Source: Candidatus Taylorbacteria bacterium RIFCSPHIGHO2_02_FULL_43_32b (GTDB lineage Bacteria > Patescibacteriota > Minisyncoccia > Phycocordibacterales > 2-02-FULL-43-11). Taken from it: a stretch of DNA of 55,695 bases. Position numbers and translations under genes: made by a program. Below, piece by piece: positions 16,689 to 24,689 of this stretch. Within the stretch, counting starts at the first letter, position 1, and each line of letters begins with the position of its first letter. The notes below the pieces were generated by a model that saw only the letters and a list, made by a program, of their open reading frames with translations, was not told the origin of the DNA and did no database searches. Where the stretch lies: contig MHRK01000047.1 of assembly GCA_001820955.1 (NCBI GenBank), forward strand, positions 1-55,695, written 5' to 3'.

Positions 16689-17150
16689 ATGTACATAAAC
16701 AAAGCAATTCTTTACGGAAATCTGACGAGAGATCCGGAAATTCGGGCACTGCCCTCGGGTATTCAGGTGGCATCTTTTGGTATCGCCACAAACCGCGTTT
16801 ACAAAGACAAAAACGGGGCCAAGCAGGAATCGACAGACTTTCACAACATAGTGGTTTTTGGAAGACAGGCTGAGACGGCCGCACAGTACCTTAAAAAGGG
16901 GCAGGGAGTCTTCATAGAAGGAAGAATCCAAACGAGGAGTTGGGATGACAAAGACGGCCAGAAAAAATATCGCACGGAAATAGTGGCAGACAGAGTGCAG
17001 TTTGGACCAAAAACGACTCCGGGAGGGAATTATAGCGGGGGTCAAAGTGCGACAGAAAAACCTGCTCCAGTCTCAAAACCCAAGGATAAAGAAGAGGGGG
17101 CGATCGAGTATCCTCAAGAAGAAATTAATCCGGAAGACATTCCTTTTTAA
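16689..17150 (+). CDS. ssb: Single-stranded DNA-binding protein
   Basis: NKAILYGNLTRDPEIRALPSG..VASFGIATNR...TDFHNIVVFGRQAE, with the acidic tail ending DIPF. Confidence 0.95.
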   Translation: MYINKAILYGNLTRDPEIRALPSGIQVASFGIATNRVYKDKNGAKQESTDFHNIVVFGRQAETAAQYLKKGQGVFIEGRIQTRSWDDKDGQKKYRTEIVADRVQFGPKTTPGGNYSGGQSATEKPAPVSKPKDKEEGAIEYPQEEINPEDIPF

Positions 17151-17170
17151 ACCGAAGGTTTAAAAAGGAA

Positions 17171-17299
17171 TTAAAAATGTAAAGATCAAAATTCAAAGTG
17201 ACAATGCAAAATTATAAAATGGAATACGTTAAATAGTTTTTCTCCAATTTTTGCATTTTAAACTGTCATTTTACATTTTGATATTTGAATTTTACATTA
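17171..17299. repeat. Family F1 palindromic element (empty, no passenger) between ssb and rpsR
   Basis: Arms are aaaatgtaaagatcaaaattcaaagtgacaatgcaaaatt and aatttttgcattttaaactgtcattttacattttgatatttgaattttacatt. Confidence 0.7.
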
Positions 17300-17350
17300 C
17301 GCTTGCTACAACACATAATTTACAAAATTTTAGAAACTTAAATACAAAAC

Positions 17351-17563
17351 ATGGCTTTTGCTAAAAAACAGTGCTATTTCACTCAAAACAATATCAAACA
17401 CGTTGACTACAAGGACTTGGAACTTTTGAAGAAGTTTCTGGGTCCTCAAGGCAACATTATGGCCAGGAAGCGCTCAGGTGTTTCTTCAAAATACCAAAGA
17501 AAGCTTGCTGAGGCGGTAAAACGTGCCAGATACATGGGGCTTTTGCCATACATCGCTCGATAA
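17351..17563 (+). CDS. rpsR: 30S ribosomal protein S18
   Basis: CYFTQNNIKHVDYKDLELLKKFLGPQGNIMARKRSGVSSKYQRKLAEAVKRARYMGLLPY. Confidence 0.9.
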   Translation: MAFAKKQCYFTQNNIKHVDYKDLELLKKFLGPQGNIMARKRSGVSSKYQRKLAEAVKRARYMGLLPYIAR

Positions 17564-17695
17564 ATATAAGTGGTTCACACAGCAATTCTGCGGGTCTCTT
17601 GTGCCGTGGCCGTTTTTGCTGTTATCCACATCAACGAACAGATTTTGTTTTAAGTTTGTATAATATAGCCATAGCAAAGTAAATTTTTCATAATT

Positions 17696-20600
17696 ATGGC
17701 AAAACTTCACGAGCGTCTCCTTTCGAAATTTCTGTTTTATGCCAAATGGCACAAAAATCCCTTGCATGCCCCCTTCCATTTTGGCGTATTTTTTGGATTA
17801 AGTTTGGTTCTGACCGCAACACTTATTTATGCCGTTACCAATTGGCCTAACGTGTATGCATCGGCCGCGGCTGTAGCCGCTTTTGACAAATCTGCCGTCA
17901 AAAATGAACAAGCGTCTCAAAAGATGGAATCTTTGAAAATTGCGGATAACTATATTGTTGTTCTGAATAGGGGAGAGAGAGGAGCGGAGGTTCAGAAGTC
18001 GTTTGGTCTTAAGGCCAAACAAGAGTACCGACACGCGATAAATGGTTTTTCGGCTTATATTCCGAAGGGTCGGCTTGAAGCACTCAAAAAAGACAAAAGA
18101 GTTTCTTATGTGGAAGAGGATGTTACAGTTTACGCTCTGGCTCAGGCTGTTCCGAGTGGTGTAAGAAGAATCAAGGCAAACCAGTCTAATGTGGCATTGA
18201 TCGATGGCGTGGATAACAGAGTCAATGCGGATGTCGCTATCATCGATACAGGTGTGGATTTTACTCATCCTGATCTCAATGTTTATCAGCATGTTTCTTT
18301 TGCGGTTGATTCAACGGACGGGATGGATGGACACGGTCATGGTACTCATGTGGCCGGAACGGTGGCCGCGCTCGACAACAATATTGGTGTGGTCGGAGTT
18401 GCTCCGGGCGCAAGGATTTGGGCTGTTAAGGCGCTCGATAATTCTGGAGCCGGAGCACTTTCCATTATTATAAAGGCTGTCGATTATGTTACGGAACACG
18501 CGGATGAGATTGAAGTAGCCAACATGAGTCTTGGTGGTCAGGGTAGTTCTGGATCCCTTCGACAAGCAATTGCGACAAGTGTTGGCAAGGGGGTTGTCTA
18601 TGTGGTCGCCGCTGGAAATTCTTTTTTCGAAGTCTATGGTGGTGACAGTCAATTGGGCACCTCGGACGATTTTTTTCCGGCCGCTTATCCTGAAGTCATG
18701 ACCGTAAGCGCTATTGTTGATACGGATGGCCAAAGTGGGGGCGCGGGGGTGTCAACGAGTTATGGGGAGGATGATACCCTTGCCAAGTATTCCAATTGGA
18801 GCAATGTTGTCGACGTGTCAAACCCTGTTGTGTCTCCGGGAGCATCAATTGATATCGCCGCTCCTGGAACTATAATTTACTCAACATATAAAAATGGTGC
18901 TTATGCAACTATGTCTGGGACGTCTATGGCCAGTCCCCATGTTGCTGGAGCCGTTGCTCTCTATATTTCTGAAAACGGAAGGGCTAGCGATGCCACAGGT
19001 GTTTATCGCATTCGACAATCTATAATCGATTTAGCCGAACCACAGAGTGCGTGGGGAGTTAATAAAACAACCCCTCTCTCAAACGATCAGAAGCCGGAAG
19101 GCCTTATTGATGCCGGCAATCTAACAACTGGAGGATCTAATTTGCGACCAACCATCTCAATTTCAAGACCAGTTTCGCAGGCAGTGTTTAATGAAGGTCA
19201 AATGATCGCTTTTTTGGGGAATGCTGCTGACGCGGAAGACGGTGATCTCACGGCAAAAATTGAATGGACTTCGAGTATCGATGGCGTTTTGGGTAAAGGA
19301 GGATCATTTTCAAGAAATTTGAGTTCCGGAGATCACGTTATTTCTGCCAAAGTGAGCGACTCTCTGGGTTATTCGGCTATTGCTACTGTAAGAATTTCCG
19401 TGGTTAGCTCAATCAATAGTGTGCCATCAGTATCTATTCTTTCGCCATTGAACGGGGCAGTGCTTACGACTGGAACATTGGTCGGATTTACAGGTTCGGC
19501 GATTGACCAAGAAGACGGTGATATTAGTTCCCGAATTTCATGGACATTTAATGGATCGGTGCTCGGCACTGGTTCAGATGTCAATGTCACTTTTGGTAAA
19601 GGAGTTTTTAGAATTCTGGCCTCAGTCACCGATTCTGGTTTGAAGACGGCAACTACATCTGTCGAAATTTCAGTTGTTGATAATCCGGAAAATACTGCGC
19701 CGAGCGTTTCCATTATTACTCCGGCCGAAACCTCAAGTGTGATAAAAGGCACGGAAGTGCGTTTTTCTGCTTCCGCGTCCGATAACGAAGAGGGAAATAT
19801 TACTAATCGTATCAAGTGGGCGTCGAGTATTGATGGAAATTTTGGAACAGGCGGCGATCTTCTTTATAGCTTGTTTTCTTCGGGAGTTCACACCATTTAC
19901 GCCAACATAACAGATTCGAACGGGCTTACGTCTTCGGATGCGGTTTCTCTTACAGTTGAGGAAAAACAAGCCGATACTGTGCCCCCTTTGGTTTCAGTGA
20001 CTTATCCTTCTGCTAACTCTGTTGTTTCCGGAGTTGTAACGATGTCTGCTTCGGCTTCAGATAATGATGGAATTGATCGGGTACAATTTATGGTGGACGG
20101 GGCTGATATTGGCGTTTCCGATAGCGTCGCGCCTTATACGATTGCGTGGAATACTGATGACTATACAAGTGGAAGTCACGTAATAAGTGCGGTCGCTTAT
20201 GACACGACTGGCAACAAAACGATTTCTTCGCTCGTTTCGGTAGTGGTTGATCGAGTGCCAACCGTAACAATTACGTCTCCAACGGAAAACACTTTTTTGC
20301 CGGGTCAAGCCGTCACCTTTAGGGCGTCGGCCATGGATAAGGAAGACGGTGATTTGTCGATCAAAATAAAATGGTCTTCCAATCTGGATGGGATACTCGG
20401 CTTGGGTAGTTCTCTTTCAAAATCTCTTTCGGTCGGAACGCACATCATAACTGCCGAAGTTTTTGATTCGAGAGGACAAACAGCCTCGGCCTCACTTATC
20501 GTTACGGTTGCTAATAAACTAGGACTATCAGCATCAACTGATAAGTCGATTTACAATAATAAGGACACGGTCAAAATTACTGCCTTAGTCTCATCAAATT

Positions 20601-20824
20601 CAGTGCCGGTTTCCGGAGCTTTTGTTTCTGCTACAGTCGTCAGTCCTACGGGAAGGCAAACGGCATATTTATCCGGCACTTCCGATAGTTTCGGTAAGGT
20701 TGTATTGACCTATCAGATTAATACTAAATCTGGAGGGGCCGGTTCATACGGAGTTAATCTTACTGCCAGCAAGACCGGATTCGCGAACGGAACTTTGTCG
20801 ATCACTTTCAAGGGCAATAAGTAA
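17696..20824 (+). CDS. Membrane-anchored subtilisin-like (S8) serine protease with tandem Ig-like repeats
   Basis: N-terminal TM and an I9-like propeptide. The catalytic residues sit in AIIDTGVD (Asp), HGHGTHVAGT (His) and SGTSMASPHVAG (Ser). These are followed by ~5 repeats of about 95 aa containing ..A.D.EDGDL...I.W.S..DG.LG.G.. Confidence 0.9.
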   Translation: MAKLHERLLSKFLFYAKWHKNPLHAPFHFGVFFGLSLVLTATLIYAVTNWPNVYASAAAVAAFDKSAVKNEQASQKMESLKIADNYIVVLNRGERGAEVQKSFGLKAKQEYRHAINGFSAYIPKGRLEALKKDKRVSYVEEDVTVYALAQAVPSGVRRIKANQSNVALIDGVDNRVNADVAIIDTGVDFTHPDLNVYQHVSFAVDSTDGMDGHGHGTHVAGTVAALDNNIGVVGVAPGARIWAVKALDNSGAGALSIIIKAVDYVTEHADEIEVANMSLGGQGSSGSLRQAIATSVGKGVVYVVAAGNSFFEVYGGDSQLGTSDDFFPAAYPEVMTVSAIVDTDGQSGGAGVSTSYGEDDTLAKYSNWSNVVDVSNPVVSPGASIDIAAPGTIIYSTYKNGAYATMSGTSMASPHVAGAVALYISENGRASDATGVYRIRQSIIDLAEPQSAWGVNKTTPLSNDQKPEGLIDAGNLTTGGSNLRPTISISRPVSQAVFNEGQMIAFLGNAADAEDGDLTAKIEWTSSIDGVLGKGGSFSRNLSSGDHVISAKVSDSLGYSAIATVRISVVSSINSVPSVSILSPLNGAVLTTGTLVGFTGSAIDQEDGDISSRISWTFNGSVLGTGSDVNVTFGKGVFRILASVTDSGLKTATTSVEISVVDNPENTAPSVSIITPAETSSVIKGTEVRFSASASDNEEGNITNRIKWASSIDGNFGTGGDLLYSLFSSGVHTIYANITDSNGLTSSDAVSLTVEEKQADTVPPLVSVTYPSANSVVSGVVTMSASASDNDGIDRVQFMVDGADIGVSDSVAPYTIAWNTDDYTSGSHVISAVAYDTTGNKTISSLVSVVVDRVPTVTITSPTENTFLPGQAVTFRASAMDKEDGDLSIKIKWSSNLDGILGLGSSLSKSLSVGTHIITAEVFDSRGQTASASLIVTVANKLGLSASTDKSIYNNKDTVKITALVSSNSVPVSGAFVSATVVSPTGRQTAYLSGTSDSFGKVVLTYQINTKSGGAGSYGVNLTASKTGFANGTLSITFKGNK

Positions 20825-20880
20825 GGAGTTATTGGCGAAGCGAAAAGCGCGAAAATTCGAACGACCGAGTATTTTCGGTG

Positions 20881-21040
20881 TTGACAGGGTAAATTTTGGA
20901 GAAACTAATAAAATTTGTCTCGTCCTCTGCCTGTGTGTACGCGCAGGCAGGCATCCTCGCCCTAAAGGGACGGGGAATTCCCCCCCCAATAAGCGAACAA
21001 CAAATAACAAAGTGGCCAACGGCCACTTTGTTATTTGTTG
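20881..21040 (+). ncRNA. Candidate orphan small RNA unit (promoter + three hairpins + terminator)
   Basis: TTGACA (20881-20886) with an A/T-rich -10 region (actaataaaat). Hairpins are ctgcctg..caggcag and ggggaattcccc, plus a long terminator hairpin at 20997-21040. No convincing ORF. Confidence 0.25.
20997..21040. terminator. Long bidirectional terminator hairpin (also downstream of efp)
   Basis: Stem aacaaataacaaagtggcc-aac-ggccactttgttatttgtt. Confidence 0.7.
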
Positions 21041-21058
21041 TAAAAAATTCTATTTGAT

Positions 21059-21628
21059 TTAGTTTACTCTTTCTACGTATTCTCCAGTCGTCGTGTTTAC
21101 TCGGATCATTTCGCCCTCGTTGATGAAGAGTGGGGCGTTAATCATAGCGCCTGTTTCGAGTTTAATTTGCTTTGAGCCTCCTTTTGCGGTGTCGCCTTTG
21201 ACCGCAGGAGGCGCTTCAACCACTTTTAATTCCACTTTGATGGGAAGGCGAAGGCCGACCTGCTTTTCTTTCCAGGTTTGGAGGCCAATCAGAGTATTTC
21301 CTTTGAGGAATTGACCACCTTGGCCGACCTCTTCGGCTGTCATTTTGAAGCGCTTAGACGGGTCTTTGACTTCGCAGAACCAGAATTCGCCTTTGTTATT
21401 GTACAGATACTTAATTTCACGTTCGTCGATTTCGGCTTCTGGCACTTTGTCGGATTGGTGAAAGGTAACTTCAGCAACTCTGCCACTCATTAAACTCTTA
21501 AGTTTTGTTTGATTTACCGGTTTTCTCTGTTGCATTCGAAAGACGCGGGAGTCGAGTACTTCCCAGGGTTCACCTTCGTGCTCAATATATTTGTGGACAG
21601 TTATTTCGTTGTAGTTGATCAGTGACAT
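21059..21628 (-). CDS. efp: Elongation factor P
   Basis: 189 aa, with ...EGEPWEVLDSRVFRMQQRKPVNQTKLKSLMSGR... and ...VVEAPPAVKGDTAKGGSKQIKLETGAMINAPLFINEG.... Confidence 0.95.
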   Translation of the reverse strand: MSLINYNEITVHKYIEHEGEPWEVLDSRVFRMQQRKPVNQTKLKSLMSGRVAEVTFHQSDKVPEAEIDEREIKYLYNNKGEFWFCEVKDPSKRFKMTAEEVGQGGQFLKGNTLIGLQTWKEKQVGLRLPIKVELKVVEAPPAVKGDTAKGGSKQIKLETGAMINAPLFINEGEMIRVNTTTGEYVERVN

Positions 21629-21632
21629 AAGG

Positions 21633-21665
21633 ATAGGCGCCAGGCTTTAGGCACTAGGCGCTAGG
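21633..21665. repeat. Word-repeat element, family F5 (ctaggc/cctag words)
   Basis: The sequence is ataggcgccaggctttaggcactaggcgctagg. Related copies lie at 34543-34672, 39146-39227 and 46131-46213. Confidence 0.5.
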
Positions 21666-21750
21666 AAACTAATAAGATAGGGGAGAGTTTAGCTGAGGTT
21701 GCATTTTTTGGCAACTATCGCATTATGTGTGAAGTTTGCCGTAAATAGTT

Positions 21751-21927
21751 ATGAGCGAAAAAAAATGTCATCTGTGTGGGGCTTCTCTATCTGCAGAAGA
21801 AGAGCAGCGGATTGACGGAAAACCTGTTTGTGATGATTGTTACTATGAGCAGATGGGGAAAGAAATCGATTGCAATCCTATAATAAATCCAGATCTGGTA
21901 TTAGAGCGCCAGCAACATAAAGACTAG
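21751..21927 (+). CDS. 58-aa zinc-ribbon-like small protein (below the ORF-track cutoff)
   Basis: Hand translation: MSEKKCHLCGASLSAEEEQRIDGKPVCDDCYYEQMGKEIDCNPIINPDLVLERQQHKD. It has a CxxC...CxxC arrangement. Confidence 0.4.
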   Translation: MSEKKCHLCGASLSAEEEQRIDGKPVCDDCYYEQMGKEIDCNPIINPDLVLERQQHKD

Positions 21928-21988
21928 CATTCCTTGAAGGGGGTGCTTTTTCTTACCTAGTGTTTAAAAAGGATTTGTATTTTATACT

Positions 21989-22083
21989 TCTTTCAGTTTT
22001 TCTCTAATCAGCTTCAAAATCTCGTTCTCTATCTTGGAGTTTTCCTTAAGGAATTGTCTGGTGGCGTCATAACCGCGGCCAAT
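21989..22083 (-). pseudogene. Detached duplicate of the recA 3' end (last ~31 codons)
   Basis: 94/95 identical to 22808-22902. It would encode ..[32 protein letters not shown], in frame behind the TGA stop of ORF 22087..22341. Confidence 0.85.
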
Positions 22084-22086
22084 TGA

Positions 22087-22341
22087 TCAGAATTTGAGCT
22101 TAACGCCAGTCTTCTTAGCAATTTCTTTAATCCATTCTTCGTGACGGCTGAGCTGCATTTTAATAGCGCTGTATTCAATTCGAAGGTCATCGATAACTTT
22201 TGCAAGTCCATCCACGGCCGTGGTTAACCCTTGCACGACTTCTTTGAGTGAAGAAACATCCTCCACTAGCTCTTTCAGGTCGTTTTTAGTTGCCAGAACG
22301 GAAGTTAATTTATCGATGTCTTTGTCTGTAAGCATGTTCAA
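22087..22341 (-). CDS. 84-aa coiled-coil hypothetical protein; the last codons are derived from recA sequence
   Basis: MNMLTDKDIDKLTSVLATKNDLKELVEDV... The C-terminal GVKL codons (gttaagct) match recA ..AVKLG.., followed by a 15-nt insert carrying the stop. Confidence 0.55.
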   Translation of the reverse strand: MNMLTDKDIDKLTSVLATKNDLKELVEDVSSLKEVVQGLTTAVDGLAKVIDDLRIEYSAIKMQLSRHEEWIKEIAKKTGVKLKF

Positions 22342-22366
22342 AGTTTAATTTGGTCAAAGCGAGCTG

Positions 22367-22741
22367 TCAATTTTGTGAAGTCGCGGAGCTTTTGCGAGTT
22401 TTTATTTTGCCGTAAAGCCAGCCGAATAGTGCACCTGCAATAAACGTAAAAACAATATTTAGCAGAACACCAGAAGGAGTCGGTAGCGCCCCTAGTTCAG
22501 TTTGTCTGAACATTCCTTCGTCTGTAATTATTATACTTGGAATGAAAGAAATTAATCCATTACCGATTAGGGTTAATGGTCCCATAATTTTCAAAAGTGA
22601 ATGCAAAAGACCTCCTTCTTGCTGCGGTACAATTGAATTATCTATTAAAATTGGAATGCTGATTATTATTACAACAGCCGATATCATAACACCGCCTTTA
22701 AACCAATACGGCCAATTTTCCCAAGTTTTCATGTTTGGCAA
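22367..22741 (-). CDS. Small multi-TM membrane protein, WPYW...GWLYGKIK family (P2)
   Basis: MPNMKTWENWPYWFKGGVMIS...AGALFGWLYGKIKTRKSSATSQN. Confidence 0.65.
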   Translation of the reverse strand: MPNMKTWENWPYWFKGGVMISAVVIIISIPILIDNSIVPQQEGGLLHSLLKIMGPLTLIGNGLISFIPSIIITDEGMFRQTELGALPTPSGVLLNIVFTFIAGALFGWLYGKIKTRKSSATSQN

Positions 22742-22801
22742 TTATTTGTAACTTTTGTTTCCCGCTTTCGCTGGAACGTTTTACGCTTCACGTTCTGGGT
22801 T

Positions 22802-23848
22802 CTACGATTCCTTCAGTTTTTCTCTAATCAGCTTCAAAATCTCGTTCTCTATCTTGGAGTTTTCCTTAAGGAATTGTCTGGTGGCGTCATAACCGCGGCC
22901 AAGCTTAACGGCTTCGCCTTTGCCGTCCGGGGCGGGGAATTCATATGACTGACCAGCTTTTTTTATCAATCCAAATTTCTCGCCGAGAGCAATAACTTCA
23001 CCTTCGCGCGAAATTCCTTCGTTATACATAAGATCGAATTCGGTCTGTTTAAAGGGAGCAGCCACTTTGTTTTTGACTACCTTTACTCTCACTCTTCCGC
23101 CGACAACTTCTTCGCCTTTTTTGATTTGAGCAATGCGGCGGATATCCAATCTAACCGAAGTGTAGAATTTGAGTGCTTTGCCTCCTGGGGTAGTCTCTGG
23201 GTTGCCAAACATTACGCCGATTTGCATGCGGATCTGGTTGATGAAAATGACGATGGTCTTTGAGCGGGCCACAATGGCGGTCAATTTGCGAAGAGCTTGT
23301 GACATTAGTCTAGCCTGTTTGCCGACGTGCATGGCGCCCATGTCTCCCTCGATTTCGTCTTTAGGTGTTAGTGCCGCGACAGAGTCGACGACCACTACAT
23401 CAATTTTCCCCGAACGTACCAAACTTTCGCAGATCTCAAGAGCTTGCTCGCCGGTGTCCGGTTGGGAAATGAGAAGATCATCAATTTTTACTCCGATTCT
23501 TTTTGAATATTCGGGGTCCATGGCGTGCTCGGCATCTATAAAAGCGCAGATGCCGCCCTTTTTTTGGGCTTCGGCGATTACGTGAAGTGACAGTGTTGTT
23601 TTTCCGCTTGACTCGGGGCCGAATATTTCGATGATGCGTCCGCGAGGAAGTCCTCCGACTCCAAGAGCCGCATCAAGTCCGATAGAACCTGTCGGGATGG
23701 CGTCAATGCCGACTTTAGGCTTTTCGCCGAGCTTCATAATGGCTTCTTCGCCGAACTTGGTTTTGATTGCGTCTATCGTATTTTGGATATCAACTTGACC
23801 TACAGTCTTTGCTTCTTTCGGGGCTTTATCTTTTGTTTTGAATCCCAT
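22802..23848 (-). CDS. recA: Recombinase RecA
   Basis: [17 protein letters not shown] (Walker A), [38 protein letters not shown]. Confidence 0.97.
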   Translation of the reverse strand: MGFKTKDKAPKEAKTVGQVDIQNTIDAIKTKFGEEAIMKLGEKPKVGIDAIPTGSIGLDAALGVGGLPRGRIIEIFGPESSGKTTLSLHVIAEAQKKGGICAFIDAEHAMDPEYSKRIGVKIDDLLISQPDTGEQALEICESLVRSGKIDVVVVDSVAALTPKDEIEGDMGAMHVGKQARLMSQALRKLTAIVARSKTIVIFINQIRMQIGVMFGNPETTPGGKALKFYTSVRLDIRRIAQIKKGEEVVGGRVRVKVVKNKVAAPFKQTEFDLMYNEGISREGEVIALGEKFGLIKKAGQSYEFPAPDGKGEAVKLGRGYDATRQFLKENSKIENEILKLIREKLKES

Positions 23849-23921
23849 GATAGTTTAGATTACTAAATAATTTAAAATTTAAAGATCAAAATGCAAAATG
23901 ACAATTAAAAATTGAAAAATT

Positions 23922-24233
23922 TCAAGTCGACGAATGCCGGGTCTTGATTTTTTTGATGGACCAACCGATAAAAAGTGCTACCAAGGAAACTGAAAAAAGT
24001 ATGCTCAGGTATACCACATAGTCATTTTTCAAATTAGTGAGGATGATGCCGAATCCTTTCGGACATGGACTATACCCATTTTCTGCCAAGCCTACGCAGG
24101 ATGGCTGAGCCATTAACCATAAATCCAAAATTATACTAATGGTTACCCCTAATATTATCCCTCGCAACCAATATTTTTGTGACTTTACATTGCCTGCCCG
24201 AAATGCTTTGGCTCTGGTCTCAATGCTTAACAT
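23922..24233 (-). CDS. Small membrane protein (P3) sharing its first 16 codons with P1
   Basis: MLSIETRAKAFRAGNV then a divergent body ..YWLRGIILG...LFIGWSIKKIKTRHSST. Confidence 0.55.
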   Translation of the reverse strand: MLSIETRAKAFRAGNVKSQKYWLRGIILGVTISIILDLWLMAQPSCVGLAENGYSPCPKGFGIILTNLKNDYVVYLSILFSVSLVALFIGWSIKKIKTRHSST

Positions 24234-24299
24234 AACATTTATACATTACTCGATAACTATTACTTTCATCGCGCCTCGTCACTTCGAAGCAGGCGGGTC
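24186..24299 (-). repeat. 114-bp conserved 5' module, copy 2 (inverted relative to 10315-10428)
   Basis: Direct comparison shows one mismatch (t/c within gctttgaag vs gcttcgaag). Confidence 0.85.
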
Positions 24300-24323
24300 A
24301 TTTTTCATTTTGATTTTTGCATT

Positions 24324-24689
24324 TTACATTTCTTTTGGTGTACTCATGACCATAAACTCAAGTAGTTTTTCGGTTTCTTTGCCGAAACGATCTTTAGCTT
24401 CAAATTTGATTATATTATAGCCACTCTGGAGTATCAATTTTTCGGAAAACGCCCCAGTTTCGTCAATAAAAATGGGGGAGTCGTTCAATGTTATGGAGTT
24501 GACCCTAAAGGCTTTTCCTCTTACTTCCACTTGAGGTCCGAAGATCTCTGTTTTATCTTGCGGGTAGATGATTTGTATTTCCGGACCAGAGAGATAATCA
24601 CGGCTTTCGTAATATATGTACCAGATCAAAAAACTTCCTGCTACGATCGAGAGGATAATCGAAAATATCATTTTTGCTCCTTTTCTCAT
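24324..24689 (-). CDS. Membrane-anchored hypothetical protein (single N-terminal TM plus a beta-rich domain)
   Basis: 121 aa. ATGA-type 4-nt overlap with the ftsK stop. Confidence 0.6.
   Translation of the reverse strand: MRKGAKMIFSIILSIVAGSFLIWYIYYESRDYLSGPEIQIIYPQDKTEIFGPQVEVRGKAFRVNSITLNDSPIFIDETGAFSEKLILQSGYNIIKFEAKDRFGKETEKLLEFMVMSTPKEM

Larger units (their letters stand above)
23881..24322 (-). mobile_element. Second family F1 inverted-repeat-bracketed cassette carrying a small membrane-protein gene
   Basis: aaagatcaaaatgcaaaatgac (23881-) is the inverted match of gtcatttttcattttgatttttgc (24298-24322). The passenger is ORF 23922..24233. Confidence 0.5.

Noticed and set aside
20832-21062. 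76-aa ORF spanning the candidate sRNA region.
   Set aside because: It has a non-ATG start, runs through the promoter, hairpins and terminator, and overlaps the efp 3' end. The translation is low complexity.
22084-22089. Possibility that the TGA ending ORF 22087..22341 is read as an amino acid (genetic code 25), fusing it to the in-frame recA tail.
   Set aside because: TGA clearly functions as a stop elsewhere in the window, in the ATGA overlaps at 7756-7759, 13770-13773 and 24686-24689, so the standard code 11 is assumed.
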